From NCBI GenBank assembly GCA_037441385.1, contig JBBISH010000001.1:32001-96000 (forward strand): a DNA stretch of 64,000 nucleotides, read 5' to 3'. This document shows, piece after piece, positions 29,573 to 39,881 of the stretch. Within the stretch, counting starts at the first letter, position 1. Each line of letters opens with the position of its first letter. The notes beneath the pieces were generated by a model. It saw nothing but the letters and a program-made list of their open reading frames with translations. It had not been told where the DNA came from and made no database searches. The DNA is from Myxococcales bacterium. Its GTDB lineage: Bacteria > Myxococcota_A > UBA9042. Made by a program: the position numbers and the translations under genes.

Positions 29573-31288
29573 CTAGTAGGACCGGCGCCGCTTGGACGAC
29601 GACTCGATGCCTAGCTGCTCGCGGTACTTTGCCACGGTGCGGCGGGCGATCGTCATCGGCGAATTGGGCCGCATCGCGTCGACTTGCGACTCGGTCGCCT
29701 GCATCCGCGCCAACATCCGTCCGCGGTCCCACTCGCCCTGCAAGATCTCGGCGATCTCTTGGTCCGACAGGGGCGACGAAGGGATCTCTTTGTCGATCAG
29801 GCGCTTGATCGCTTGCTTGACCGCCTCGGCCGCCATGTCATCGCCGCCCTGGGCGGTGATCCGCGAGCCGAAGAAGAACTTTAGCTCAAAAATCCCTTGC
29901 GGCGTATGCACATACTTGCTCGTCGTCACCCGCGAGATGGTCGACTCGTGCAGGCCCACGTCGTCGGCCACGTCGCGCAGCACCAGCGGCCGCAGCTTGT
30001 CCACGCCGCCATCCAAGAACGGCCGCTGAAAGCGCATGATCGACTCGGTCACCCGCTGAATCGTCGATTGCCGCTGGTGGATCGAGCGGATCATCCAGGT
30101 CGCCGCCCGCAGCTTTTCTTGCAGGTAGTGCTTGGCCTTGTCGTGCTCGCTGTCGTGGTGCTGCTCGTCCATCAGCGCCGACTTGTAATAGTTGCTGATC
30201 TTGAGCTTGGGCAGGCCGTCTTCGTTCAGCGTCACCACGTAGTCGTCGCCGATCTTGCTCACGAACACGTCGGGCGTGATGTAGCGGGCCATCTCGCCCG
30301 TGTAGCGCCGGCCGGGGCGCGGCTCCAGCGACGCCAGCACCTTGAGCAGTTCTTCCAGCTCTTCGGCGCCGATGTGCAGATCGCGGCGCACCGCCTGGTA
30401 GTCGCGATCCTGCAGGCGCGGCAGATGGACCTCGATCAGCCGATGCAGCTCCTCGTTGCCCGGATAGCGCGTAAGCGCCTGGGTCATCAGGCATTCCTGC
30501 AGATCGCGCGCCGCCACGCCCAGCGGCTCCAGGCCCTGGATGATCTTCAGCATCGCCAGGACTTCCGCCTCGGGCACCTCGCAAATCGCCGCGATCATCC
30601 GGGTTGAGTTGGCGGTATAGACCTCGGTGATCAGGCCGCGGCTCTCGGCCAGCTCCTGCCACTCGATCAACTCGTCGTCGGTCAGCCAGTACAGGCTCAG
30701 CACGCCGCGCTCTTCGCGCTGCTCGATGCCCACCGCCAGCCGCGCCAGTCCGCGCCGGGTCGCCTCGGACCCGCCCGAGATGTCCAGCCGGCTCGGCCGG
30801 AAGTAGCCGTCGTCGTCCAGGTTGCCGATGATCTCGCTGGCGATCTCAAGCTGGCGGCGGCCAAGGCCTAGCGCCCCCAACTGCTCGCCCAGCACTTCGT
30901 CCAGTGTCGAGGCCTTGGTCAAGGTCTGCGCCAGCGCCGGCCGCTCTTCGTCCGTGTCGCGGTACGAGCCCACTCCCTCCGATGGCGCGCGCGCCAAGTC
31001 GGTAAAGTAGTTTTGCCAATCGATCTCGGTGCGTTCCGCCGGCTGGGCCGGCGCTTCAAAGTCCTGGACGGTACCCTCGCCCTGGGTGATCTGCGGCCCG
31101 GTCTCGCCCGCGCCGGGCTGGATCTCCGCTTCTTCCAGGACGGGATTCTCGTTCAGCGCCTCGGCGATGCTGTCGGCCAGCTCGGTGCGCGACAACTGCA
31201 AAAGCCGAATCGCCTGCTGCAGTTGCTGGGTCATGACCAGCCGCTGTTCCAGACCTAGCTTGACGCTCAGGCTTTGTCTGAAATCCAT
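29573..31288 (-). CDS. rpoN: RNA polymerase sigma-54 factor with two insertions
   Basis: Region I QLQQAIRLLQL, HESTISR, RpoN box ARRTVAKYRE. Confidence 0.97.
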   Translation of the reverse strand: MDFRQSLSVKLGLEQRLVMTQQLQQAIRLLQLSRTELADSIAEALNENPVLEEAEIQPGAGETGPQITQGEGTVQDFEAPAQPAERTEIDWQNYFTDLARAPSEGVGSYRDTDEERPALAQTLTKASTLDEVLGEQLGALGLGRRQLEIASEIIGNLDDDGYFRPSRLDISGGSEATRRGLARLAVGIEQREERGVLSLYWLTDDELIEWQELAESRGLITEVYTANSTRMIAAICEVPEAEVLAMLKIIQGLEPLGVAARDLQECLMTQALTRYPGNEELHRLIEVHLPRLQDRDYQAVRRDLHIGAEELEELLKVLASLEPRPGRRYTGEMARYITPDVFVSKIGDDYVVTLNEDGLPKLKISNYYKSALMDEQHHDSEHDKAKHYLQEKLRAATWMIRSIHQRQSTIQRVTESIMRFQRPFLDGGVDKLRPLVLRDVADDVGLHESTISRVTTSKYVHTPQGIFELKFFFGSRITAQGGDDMAAEAVKQAIKRLIDKEIPSSPLSDQEIAEILQGEWDRGRMLARMQATESQVDAMRPNSPMTIARRTVAKYREQLGIESSSKRRRSY

Positions 31289-31358
31289 GTGGCGGTTGGG
31301 CTCCCGTGTCCGCGTGGGCGGCGCCGGTCCAGTCTACACGGCCTCGACCGCTGTTCAA

Positions 31359-31374
31359 GCAAGCATCGTGCCAA
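31359..31374 (-). promoter_or_regulatory. Consensus sigma54 -24/-12 promoter upstream of rpoN
   Basis: TTGGCACGATGCTTGC on the minus strand, 70 bp upstream of the rpoN ATG. Confidence 0.8.
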
Positions 31375-31465
31375 ATTCGTCACGCAGCGGAACAAAACGC
31401 GGACCTCGCTGTTTTTTTTGACCGAGCCGGCGCACAGGTGATAGCGTGCGGCGCAGGAGGTCGCC

Positions 31466-31873
31466 GTGAACCGCTTTGTCCTTGTTGCTCCAAAGGTTCT
31501 TGCGGGGGTGCTCGCCGCTTTGGCCCTGGGCGCTTGCTCCAGTCCGCTGGCCGGCCGCTGGGAGGGCACCGCTGACCTGGGCCCGATCGAGGCCCGGCCC
31601 GTCAAGCTGCACCTGGCCAAAGATGGCCAAAGTGGTCAGGTTTCGTGGCAAGAGCAGGGCGCGGCGTGGCGCACGTTTGCCGCTTGCCGTGTGCAGCTGC
31701 AGGGGCGCCAATTCGAGGTCGAGTTCGATCTGGCCCAGCCCGACTGCGGCAGCGGAGCGCAGCGCGACCGCCGCATTCTGCGTGGAACCGTTGGCGAACG
31801 CTTGCTTTTTGGCGAGATCGTCGGTGCCGAGCGGCCCGTGGGGTTCTTCCGCGCGTTCGCGCTTGACCCGTAG
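31466..31873 (+). CDS. Hypothetical lipoprotein (small beta-barrel-like)
   Basis: Lipobox LGAC, LAGRWEG; GGAGG RBS. Confidence 0.7.
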   Translation: MNRFVLVAPKVLAGVLAALALGACSSPLAGRWEGTADLGPIEARPVKLHLAKDGQSGQVSWQEQGAAWRTFAACRVQLQGRQFEVEFDLAQPDCGSGAQRDRRILRGTVGERLLFGEIVGAERPVGFFRAFALDP

Positions 31874-31904
31874 TGCCGCCGACCAGGATCCACAACCGAA
31901 ATTC

Positions 31905-32092
31905 GCCCCGGCCGCCGATTTGGGATGCAAATCAAGGCGCAAGGAGCGGAGCGACTGAGGCGACCTAGCGGTCGCCGCAGGGAGAAGGGCCCCAGCGGTC
32001 GCCCGAAGGGTGAACGGGTCGCCCCAGTGGGGCAACCCGTAGCTGGGACGACGCAGCAACGCCGAGTTGCGCCCAAAGCGGCGGATCGGGGC
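31905..32092. repeat. Nested palindromic intergenic element (MITE/REP-like or structured RNA)
   Basis: Long imperfect terminal IR GCCCCG.CCGCCG.TTTGGG..GCAA.TC with inner hairpins GGCGACC/GGTCGCC, CCCAGC/GCTGGG, GGGTCGCCCC/GGGGCAACCC. Confidence 0.7.
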
Positions 32093-32172
32093 CGAGGTGA
32101 CCCCTTGACCCCATCCCTGTGCGCAACGTAACGTGCTGACCCGTGGCCCGATCTGGCCACCGCGAGGACCCC

Positions 32173-32469
32173 GTGGCCGACATCTCCCTTCAGCGCAACC
32201 ACAGCTTTGGCATCGACTCCGGCAAGGAGAAATTAGCTCGCCTTGTCAGCAAGTTCCAGCAGAGCAACCCCAGCATGATCGACCGCATCGACTGGAACGC
32301 CGACAAGACCGGCGCCGAGGCGGAAGGCAAGCACTTCAAAGCCCAATTCGCGCTGACGGCCGGCCAGGTCAAGGTCGACATCGATCTGAAGGGCTTTGCC
32401 GCCAAGATGGCCAAGGGCATGGTGCAGACCAAGCTAGAGAAGACGGTCGGCGAGGAATTTCCAGCCTGA
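32173..32469 (+). CDS. Polyhydroxyalkanoic-acid-system family protein (PHA_gran_rgn-like)
   Basis: ADISLQRNHSFG...IDW...size ~100 aa; GAGG RBS before GTG. Confidence 0.7.
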   Translation: MADISLQRNHSFGIDSGKEKLARLVSKFQQSNPSMIDRIDWNADKTGAEAEGKHFKAQFALTAGQVKVDIDLKGFAAKMAKGMVQTKLEKTVGEEFPA

Positions 32470-33425
32470 AACCGCTACTTTGCAGCCCAAGTTGTTGGAT
32501 CCGCGCCGGACTGGCGTGGACGGTGCTGGCCTTTTGCCCGGCGCCGGCTTGGGCCGACACGGCCTTGGCGCCCGAGCCCGCGCTGGCTCAGGCGCAGAAG
32601 TGCTATGTCGAAGCGGATTTGGGCTGCACGCTGCGCCTGTTAGAGCCCGATGCGGTGTGGCCCGAGAGCCTGCCGGTCGCGGTGCGGGGCGAGCGGCTGC
32701 GTTTGCTCGGCTTTGCGGCGGCCCGTTTGGACCAGCACGCCCTGGCGCGGCGGGCGTTTGCGGCGTGGGTGGCCCTGGCGCCGACCCACCGGCTGGACCG
32801 TGCGAGCACCCCGCCCGCGATCTACGCGGACTACGCGGCGGCCTGGGCCGAGGCGCTGGCCCCACAGCTCGAGCGCCAGCCGCAGCTGGATCAGCACCCG
32901 CCGCTGGACCCGCCCAAGCCGACCGCGGCGGATCTGCCCCGCTACGCGCCGCCGCCGCTGTCGCCGCGGGACACCGCGCGCGATCACCGGTTCTACCTGG
33001 GGATGACGGCTGCGGGCGGCGGCTTTGGTGTGCCGGATTCGCCGACCAACCAGCTGGGCGTGCAACTGGCCGGGACGCTGCAGGTCCGGCCGTTGTGGAG
33101 CGTGGGCTTTCAGCTCGCGGCTTTGCGGTGGACGCTGCAGGGCACGCCGGCGACGCGTGCGCTGGCGCAAATTCAAGGCGCCTACAAGTTGCCGGTTGCT
33201 GCGGAACATTTCGAGATCGTAGCGGATGGTGGCTTCACCTTTGACTACGATGCGCAGACCCTGGCGGCGCTTGGCCTGGGGCTGCGCTATCATGTGGCGC
33301 CCGAGCAGCCGGTCGGCCTGTACGTAACCCTGGGCGACCAAATGGCGGTCGGCAGCGAGGCCGCGCACCTGGCGGTGTTGGCGGTAGGCGTGGTGGTGCG
33401 GCCGGGTCCCGGTGCCGGCAAGTAG
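32466..33425 (+). CDS. Hypothetical exported protein, helical N-domain plus outer-membrane beta-barrel-like C-domain (start uncertain)
   Basis: AxA signal site (PAWA), Pro linker, alternating beta strands (GLGLRY). Confidence 0.6.
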   Translation: MKPLLCSPSCWIRAGLAWTVLAFCPAPAWADTALAPEPALAQAQKCYVEADLGCTLRLLEPDAVWPESLPVAVRGERLRLLGFAAARLDQHALARRAFAAWVALAPTHRLDRASTPPAIYADYAAAWAEALAPQLERQPQLDQHPPLDPPKPTAADLPRYAPPPLSPRDTARDHRFYLGMTAAGGGFGVPDSPTNQLGVQLAGTLQVRPLWSVGFQLAALRWTLQGTPATRALAQIQGAYKLPVAAEHFEIVADGGFTFDYDAQTLAALGLGLRYHVAPEQPVGLYVTLGDQMAVGSEAAHLAVLAVGVVVRPGPGAGK

Positions 33426-33452
33426 CGGTGCGCGCGGCGAGCGAGGTGGGCG

Positions 33453-34544
<1,092 letters not shown>

Positions 34545-34565
34545 CGGCCAAGGGCGCGGTGGGCA

Positions 34566-35783
34566 ATGGCGGACTCGCAGCGAGACAAGCGGCGCGCCCC
34601 CACGCTGACGCAGCGGATGCGGCAGTGGGTGCAGGCCCGCGACAGCGACGACCCGCCTGCGCCGCCCAAGCGGACCGAGGGCCGCGGTCTCCTTGAGCGC
34701 CTGCCTGCGCCGCGCGGCATGGACGCGCTGCACGATCGCGCTCAGATTTCGCACCTTTTCTCGTGGTTTGGCGAGGACGAGCCCGTTGTTCGCAAGGGTC
34801 TGGCGCAGCGCGCCTCCGAAGTGCTGGCCGGGCTGGGTCCGCTGCAGCTGCCGGCGCGGCAGGTCGGCGATGGCCAGCCGGGCGGTCTGCACCGCTCGCT
34901 GCGGCGCGGCGGCGGCGTGGAGTTCAGCGAGCACAAGGAGTACGCCCCAGGCGATGACCTGCGCCTGCTCGACTGGCGCGCCTATGCCCGCACCGATCGC
35001 TACTACCTCAAGCGCTACGAGCAAGAAGTCCACGCGACGCTGACGCTGGTGATCGATGCGTCGGCTTCGATGCAGTTGGCAGACCTGCAGAGCGATAAGT
35101 TCGACGCCGTGCGGTTGCTTTTGGCGTGCGTGGCGCTGGTGCTGGTGCGGCAGGGCGACTCGGTAGGGCTGGTGGTGCTGGGGCAGCCGGAAGTGAACCT
35201 GGCGCCGCAGACGGGCCTCCGGCATTTCGCTCAGATCTGCGAGCGGTTGCAGCGTCTGCAGCCCGAGGGTACGGCGAGCCTGCCCAGCTTGGGGCCGACG
35301 CATTGGCGCGGGATGGACCAGCGCGGGCTGGTGCTGGTCGCGTCGGACGTGCTGATGGCGGTGGACGCGGCGGTGGCGCCGCTCTACTCGCTGCGGCGTT
35401 CGGGGCTGGATGTGCTGCTGCTGCACACCCTGCATCCCCGCGAGCTGGATTTGAATTTTGCCGCGCCTGCGCAGTTTGTCTGCCGCGAGTCCGAGCGCAA
35501 GGTGGTGGTGGATCCGCGGGTCATCCGCAATTTGTATGTGGATTTGATGCGGAGCCACTGCGACAACCTGCGCCAGGCCGCCACTCACAGCGGCGTGGGC
35601 TACCTGCTGGTCGATACGGCGGTGGATCCGCGCGGGATGATTCGCCAGATTTTGCGGGCGACTGCGCGGCTCAAGCGGCACGGCCAGGCCTCGCTGGGGG
35701 CGAGCGCGTACTCGGACGCGAGCAGCGAGTCGGACGCGGTGCTGGATGCGCTGGAAGCGGGCATCGCGGAGCGCGGGCCATGA
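34566..35783 (+). CDS. DUF58 family vWA-like protein
   Basis: EFSEHKEYAPGDDLRLLDW, DASASM. Confidence 0.92.
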   Translation: MADSQRDKRRAPTLTQRMRQWVQARDSDDPPAPPKRTEGRGLLERLPAPRGMDALHDRAQISHLFSWFGEDEPVVRKGLAQRASEVLAGLGPLQLPARQVGDGQPGGLHRSLRRGGGVEFSEHKEYAPGDDLRLLDWRAYARTDRYYLKRYEQEVHATLTLVIDASASMQLADLQSDKFDAVRLLLACVALVLVRQGDSVGLVVLGQPEVNLAPQTGLRHFAQICERLQRLQPEGTASLPSLGPTHWRGMDQRGLVLVASDVLMAVDAAVAPLYSLRRSGLDVLLLHTLHPRELDLNFAAPAQFVCRESERKVVVDPRVIRNLYVDLMRSHCDNLRQAATHSGVGYLLVDTAVDPRGMIRQILRATARLKRHGQASLGASAYSDASSESDAVLDALEAGIAERGP

Positions 35784-37906
35784 TCCAGTTCGACAACCCG
35801 TGGATGTTGCTGGGGGTGTTGGCGGCGGCGCTGCCGGTGTGGCTGCACCTATTTGGCCGGCGGCACGCGCCGGTGGTGCACTTCTCGGCGCTCGATTTCA
35901 TCTTGGCGAGCAATCCGCGGCGGGCGCGAGCGCTGCGGGTGCGCGAGTGGTTGCTGATTGCCTTGCGGAGCGCCGTGTTGGCGCTGCTGGCGGTGGCGCT
36001 GGCGCGGCCGATGCTGCCGGTCTTTGGTGGCGATGTGGGGCCGGAAGTCGGGACGGGGACGCAGGCGGTGGTCCTGGTGATCGACGACAGCCAGTCGATG
36101 CTCGCGCGCGACCGCGGCGAGACGTTGTTGGACCGCAGCGTGGCCCGCGCGGCGGCCCTGCTGGAGCGGCTGCCGCCGGGCTGCCAAGTCGGCTTGGTGG
36201 CTTCGGGTTTTCCGGCGCGACCCCTGCTGCGGCAATTGACGCGCGATCGCGCGGCGGCGCTGGATGCTTTGCGGCGGCTGCCGGCGCGGCCGCGGCGCGA
36301 CGACTCGGCCAAGGCCCTGAACCTGGCGCAGATCCTGCTGGATTCGAGTGATCTGCCCCTGCGGCGGCTGGTGCTGCTGTCCGACCTGCAGGCGACCGGC
36401 TGGAGCGAGGTGAGCCTGCCGACCCGGAGCGGGCAGGGCGTGCCGATCCAGGCGACGGTGGACCGGCTGGAGCCGAGCTCGCGCGAGAACACGGCGGTGG
36501 TCGATGCCGTGGTGGCGGGGGCGGCGGACCGGGCCAACAACCAGGTGCGCCTGGAGGTGGCTGTCACGCATTTTGGCGAGAAGCCGTTCCGCAACTACCT
36601 GAACGTGCAAAGTGGCGATCGCGAAGTGAAAAGCCTGCTGCAGCTCCAGCCGGGCGAGACGGTGCGGCGGTCGTTCTCGCTGCCGGCGGGCGCGCAGTGG
36701 GCCGAGGTGTCGCTGCCGCCGGACGCGCTGGAGGCGGACAACCGGCGGTTGGTGCGGCTGGACGCGTCGGCCACGCTGCGGGTGGCGCTCGTCAATGGCG
36801 CACCGCGGCCGGTTCCGCGCGACGACGAGGTGTTTTTTGCCGCGCGGGCGCTGGAACTGGGGCAGAGCCAGGCCGGGCAGTGGCTGGTGGACGTGCTGCC
36901 GGCGGACAAGCTGGTGGCGTCCTCGCTGGCCGAGACGGACGTGGTCGTGCTGGCGAACGTGGCCCAGCCGAGCGACGAGGCCCTGGCGGCGCTGAAGGCG
37001 GCGGTGCAGGCGGGGGCTGGGCTGCTGGTGGCGGTGGGCGACAATTTGCCCGATCCGCCGCAGGGTTACTTGCAGGGCCTGTTGCCGGCGACGCTGGTGG
37101 GGCAGCGCCACTTGGTGTCGGCAGACGGGAGTGCTCGGCAGGCGACGGGGATGCGTTGGGAGGGCGGCGGCGCGGCGTTGCAGGGGCCGGCGGCGCAGTT
37201 GCTCGGTCAGGTGGCCGGCGAGTTGGGCGAGGCGTTCAGCGGGGTCGCGGTGCAGCACTATGCCTTGGTGCGGCCGGATGCCGCCCTGGCCGGGAGTGTG
37301 GTGGCCCGCTACGGCGACGGTGCGCCAGCGCTGCTGTTGGGGAGCCTGGGGCGCGGCCAGGTGGCGCTGCTGACGACCACGCTGGACCGCGACTGGACGA
37401 ATTTGCCGGTACAGCCTGCGTTTTTGCCGCTGCTGCACGACTTGGTGGTGGCACTGGCGCGGACGCGGGCGAGCGAGCGGCGCGGACCGGTCGAGGTGGG
37501 CGAGGTGGCCGTGCTGGCGCGCGACAGTCGCGCCGACCAGTTGGAGATTCGCTTTGAAGGACAAGGGGCCGGGCCGCGGCGGGTGCTGCCGGCGGCGCTG
37601 GAGGCGGGGCCGACCTGGACGGTGGCGGGGCTGGACGAGCCGGGGCGGTACGTCGCGACGGAGCTGCGGGGCGGCGTTGCCTTGACTTCGCGGCCGTTGC
37701 TGGTGGTGCCGCCTTCGACCGAGAGCGACTTGCGTCCCGCGGCGAAGGGCGACCTGGTGCGCGCCGGCCTGAATCCGCAGCAGGCGCGCGGCGGGGTGGT
37801 GACGGCGCCGGGTTGGGCCGGGGTGCTGGTGCTGCTGATCGGGTTGCTGCTCGTCGAGGCGGTCTTGCTGGCGCGGGGCGCGCGCGGGGTTGTGCAGGCT
37901 TCGTGA
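35780..37906 (+). CDS. BatA/vWA domain membrane protein
   Basis: N-terminal double TM (F.NPW...LPVWLHL...LARP), DDSQSM MIDAS, DNRR, GATase-like segment, C-terminal TM. Confidence 0.88.
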   Translation: MIQFDNPWMLLGVLAAALPVWLHLFGRRHAPVVHFSALDFILASNPRRARALRVREWLLIALRSAVLALLAVALARPMLPVFGGDVGPEVGTGTQAVVLVIDDSQSMLARDRGETLLDRSVARAAALLERLPPGCQVGLVASGFPARPLLRQLTRDRAAALDALRRLPARPRRDDSAKALNLAQILLDSSDLPLRRLVLLSDLQATGWSEVSLPTRSGQGVPIQATVDRLEPSSRENTAVVDAVVAGAADRANNQVRLEVAVTHFGEKPFRNYLNVQSGDREVKSLLQLQPGETVRRSFSLPAGAQWAEVSLPPDALEADNRRLVRLDASATLRVALVNGAPRPVPRDDEVFFAARALELGQSQAGQWLVDVLPADKLVASSLAETDVVVLANVAQPSDEALAALKAAVQAGAGLLVAVGDNLPDPPQGYLQGLLPATLVGQRHLVSADGSARQATGMRWEGGGAALQGPAAQLLGQVAGELGEAFSGVAVQHYALVRPDAALAGSVVARYGDGAPALLLGSLGRGQVALLTTTLDRDWTNLPVQPAFLPLLHDLVVALARTRASERRGPVEVGEVAVLARDSRADQLEIRFEGQGAGPRRVLPAALEAGPTWTVAGLDEPGRYVATELRGGVALTSRPLLVVPPSTESDLRPAAKGDLVRAGLNPQQARGGVVTAPGWAGVLVLLIGLLLVEAVLLARGARGVVQAS

Positions 37907-37992
37907 AGGGCGACCGCGCGGGTCGGGCTTGGCGTTGACCCGTCGCCGTGGCGCAGCTAGGCTGCAATGAGGGAGCGGACCTGGGTTCTAGG

Positions 37993-39408
37993 ATGCGGCG
38001 CATGCTTAGGGTAGTGCACGTTTGGGCGCTGTGTTGGGTGACCTTGGTCGGGCTCGTTCCGGCCGCGGCCCTGGCGGAGCCGCCGGCGTCGCGCTATTTG
38101 GAACTGAGCGACGAGATCGCGAGGGCGCAGCTGCAGATCGAGATGTTGCGCTCGCAGGGCCGCCACGGCGAGGCCGTGGTCGTGGCGCAGCGGGTCGAGC
38201 GGATGGTCGACGGGGCGGCCCGCGACCTGAAGGGCGACGAGCCGGACGCAGCCGAATTGGCCTGGTTGGTGGTGCAGCGCTGGCAGGATCGAGCGGGCGC
38301 GTGCGCGGTGCCCGACGGACCTGGCGCGGTGGTCCTTGCCGAGGCGGCCACGCCGGTGCTGACGGCGTGCGGGTGGCTGGAGAAGGGGGCCGCGCTGGCC
38401 CTCCGTGCGCGGGCGTGGGCGCCGCATCGGCGCGACCTGGAGCAAACTCCGCCCACGTACGAGCAGTTGAGCGAGGTCGCGCTGGAGCAGTTGAGCCGGA
38501 CCCTTGCGGTGCGTGCGGCCCTGCCGGCGAAGCATCCGCAGGGGGTGCCGGGGGCTGCGGTGCCGCCGCCCTATCAGGTGTGGCCGTGGACGGATGCCGC
38601 AAGGGCGGATGCCGCCGGCAAGATCCGCGTGGCGCGGGCCGGAAAGCCGCGGGGCGTGCTGGATCCGGCTGCCGAGCAGTGGCTCGCGGTGGCCTTGGAG
38701 CTGGAACGGCTGGGCAGCCCGCTGGCGTCGCCCTGGATCGTGGCTCAATTCCTGATGCGCAACGGACTGGTGCGGGCCGACGGGGCGGTGGGCGAGGACG
38801 ACCGCGACGTGGTCGCGCAGCTCGCACGGGCCGTGTTGCCGGGTGGCGTCGACGGCGAGGCTGTGGCGGCCTGGCTCGCGGCGCAGCAGCCCAAGAGGCG
38901 CTCTGTGGACCCCAAGGATTGGTCGGCCGAGGAGCGGTTGGCGTGGTGCGATCAGCCGGGGCGGCCCTGTGCGCCGCTGCGGTTGGCGACGTTGCCGGCG
39001 GACGCGGAGTTGCGGGTCCTGCTGGGGGCGAACGCCTGCAGTGGCGACGATCCGCTGCTGCTGCGTTTTCATGGGGGTACCGCTCCGAAAGTCGTGGTGT
39101 CGGGCTGCCCGGCCCTGGCGCTGGGGCCGGACATGCTGGCGGCGGTGGACGGCGCCTTGGCGTGGTATGCGTTTGCCTATCCGGGCGGCAGGGGCGGTCT
39201 CACCACCAGTGCCGACGTGTCGGCGCGGCGCGGGGCCCGGCAGCTGGCCCGCGAGGCCTACCCCGCCCGGCCAAGCGCGGGCCGCGAGGACTTTCTCTAC
39301 CAGCTCGCTGCGGTGGCCTGCGCGCAAGCCCCGAGCGGGGCGCGCGCCAAGCCGGTCAAAGTGCCCCCCGGCGCGGCCTACAGCGCCTGCCGCGCAGCCG
39401 CCCCCTAG
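37993..39408 (+). CDS. Hypothetical exported protein
   Basis: Long ORF with GC3-rich codons and a signal peptide (AALA). Confidence 0.6.
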   Translation: MRRMLRVVHVWALCWVTLVGLVPAAALAEPPASRYLELSDEIARAQLQIEMLRSQGRHGEAVVVAQRVERMVDGAARDLKGDEPDAAELAWLVVQRWQDRAGACAVPDGPGAVVLAEAATPVLTACGWLEKGAALALRARAWAPHRRDLEQTPPTYEQLSEVALEQLSRTLAVRAALPAKHPQGVPGAAVPPPYQVWPWTDAARADAAGKIRVARAGKPRGVLDPAAEQWLAVALELERLGSPLASPWIVAQFLMRNGLVRADGAVGEDDRDVVAQLARAVLPGGVDGEAVAAWLAAQQPKRRSVDPKDWSAEERLAWCDQPGRPCAPLRLATLPADAELRVLLGANACSGDDPLLLRFHGGTAPKVVVSGCPALALGPDMLAAVDGALAWYAFAYPGGRGGLTTSADVSARRGARQLAREAYPARPSAGREDFLYQLAAVACAQAPSGARAKPVKVPPGAAYSACRAAAP

Positions 39409-39744
39409 AACACCAATCACAACTCTCCGAGGTTCAGAGCAACGAGACCACTCGCTGACGAAAACTCGCTGAGGCTCATACGAACCCCGTCTGATTCACG
39501 CCTGTACGGTTCCTCTGATACGAACCCCATCTGATTCACGCCTGAACGGCTTCTCTGACCCGGTCTGCAACCGGCGAGAATCAGGCGGGGACCCCGGTCC
39601 GGGCCCGAAGAATTGCCGAAGTTTTCGAGCCGATTTGGACGGAAACCGTATCAGTGGGTCGCAAGCGGGCGCCCCACTACCCAGCACAGCCGCGACCCGC
39701 CGCGACGTTTGCCCCCCAAGGACTGGGTTTCTGATCGGTGCTCT
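39407..39744. mobile_element. MITE-like element A with imperfect terminal inverted repeats, containing nested element B
   Basis: Left end AGAACACCAATCACAA, right end TTCTGATCGGTGCTCT; begins at the CTAG of the upstream stop codon. Confidence 0.65.
39479..39650. mobile_element. Element B copy 2 (39519-39650) with a 40-bp tandem duplication of one end (39479-39518)
   Basis: Inverted homolog of 7685-7816; TACGAACCCC.TCTGATTCACGCCTG repeated at a 40-bp period. Confidence 0.85.
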
Positions 39745-39756
39745 GGCAACCGCAGT

Positions 39757-39771
39757 GCAGCCATTTTCTAC
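39757..39771 (+). promoter_or_regulatory. Conserved intergenic motif, copy 3
   Basis: GCAGCCATTTTCTAC, 110 bp upstream of the ATG at 39882. Confidence 0.55.
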
Positions 39772-39881
39772 TGCCTGATCTTACGGTAGATTGAGAGCGC
39801 CGCCGCGAAAGTGCTGGAATCCCGGCCGCGCGGCGCCGATCACTGCGTTGCAGGGGTGCCTCTGGGCAGAAGGCCGGTTCC

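Noticed and set aside
23582..31288. Inteins in dnaB or rpoN
   Set aside because: No C/S...HN-C/S/T splice motifs; DnaB core is normal length
39479..39560. 40-bp periodic repeat as a CRISPR array
   Set aside because: Only two adjacent copies, no unique spacers, no cas genes
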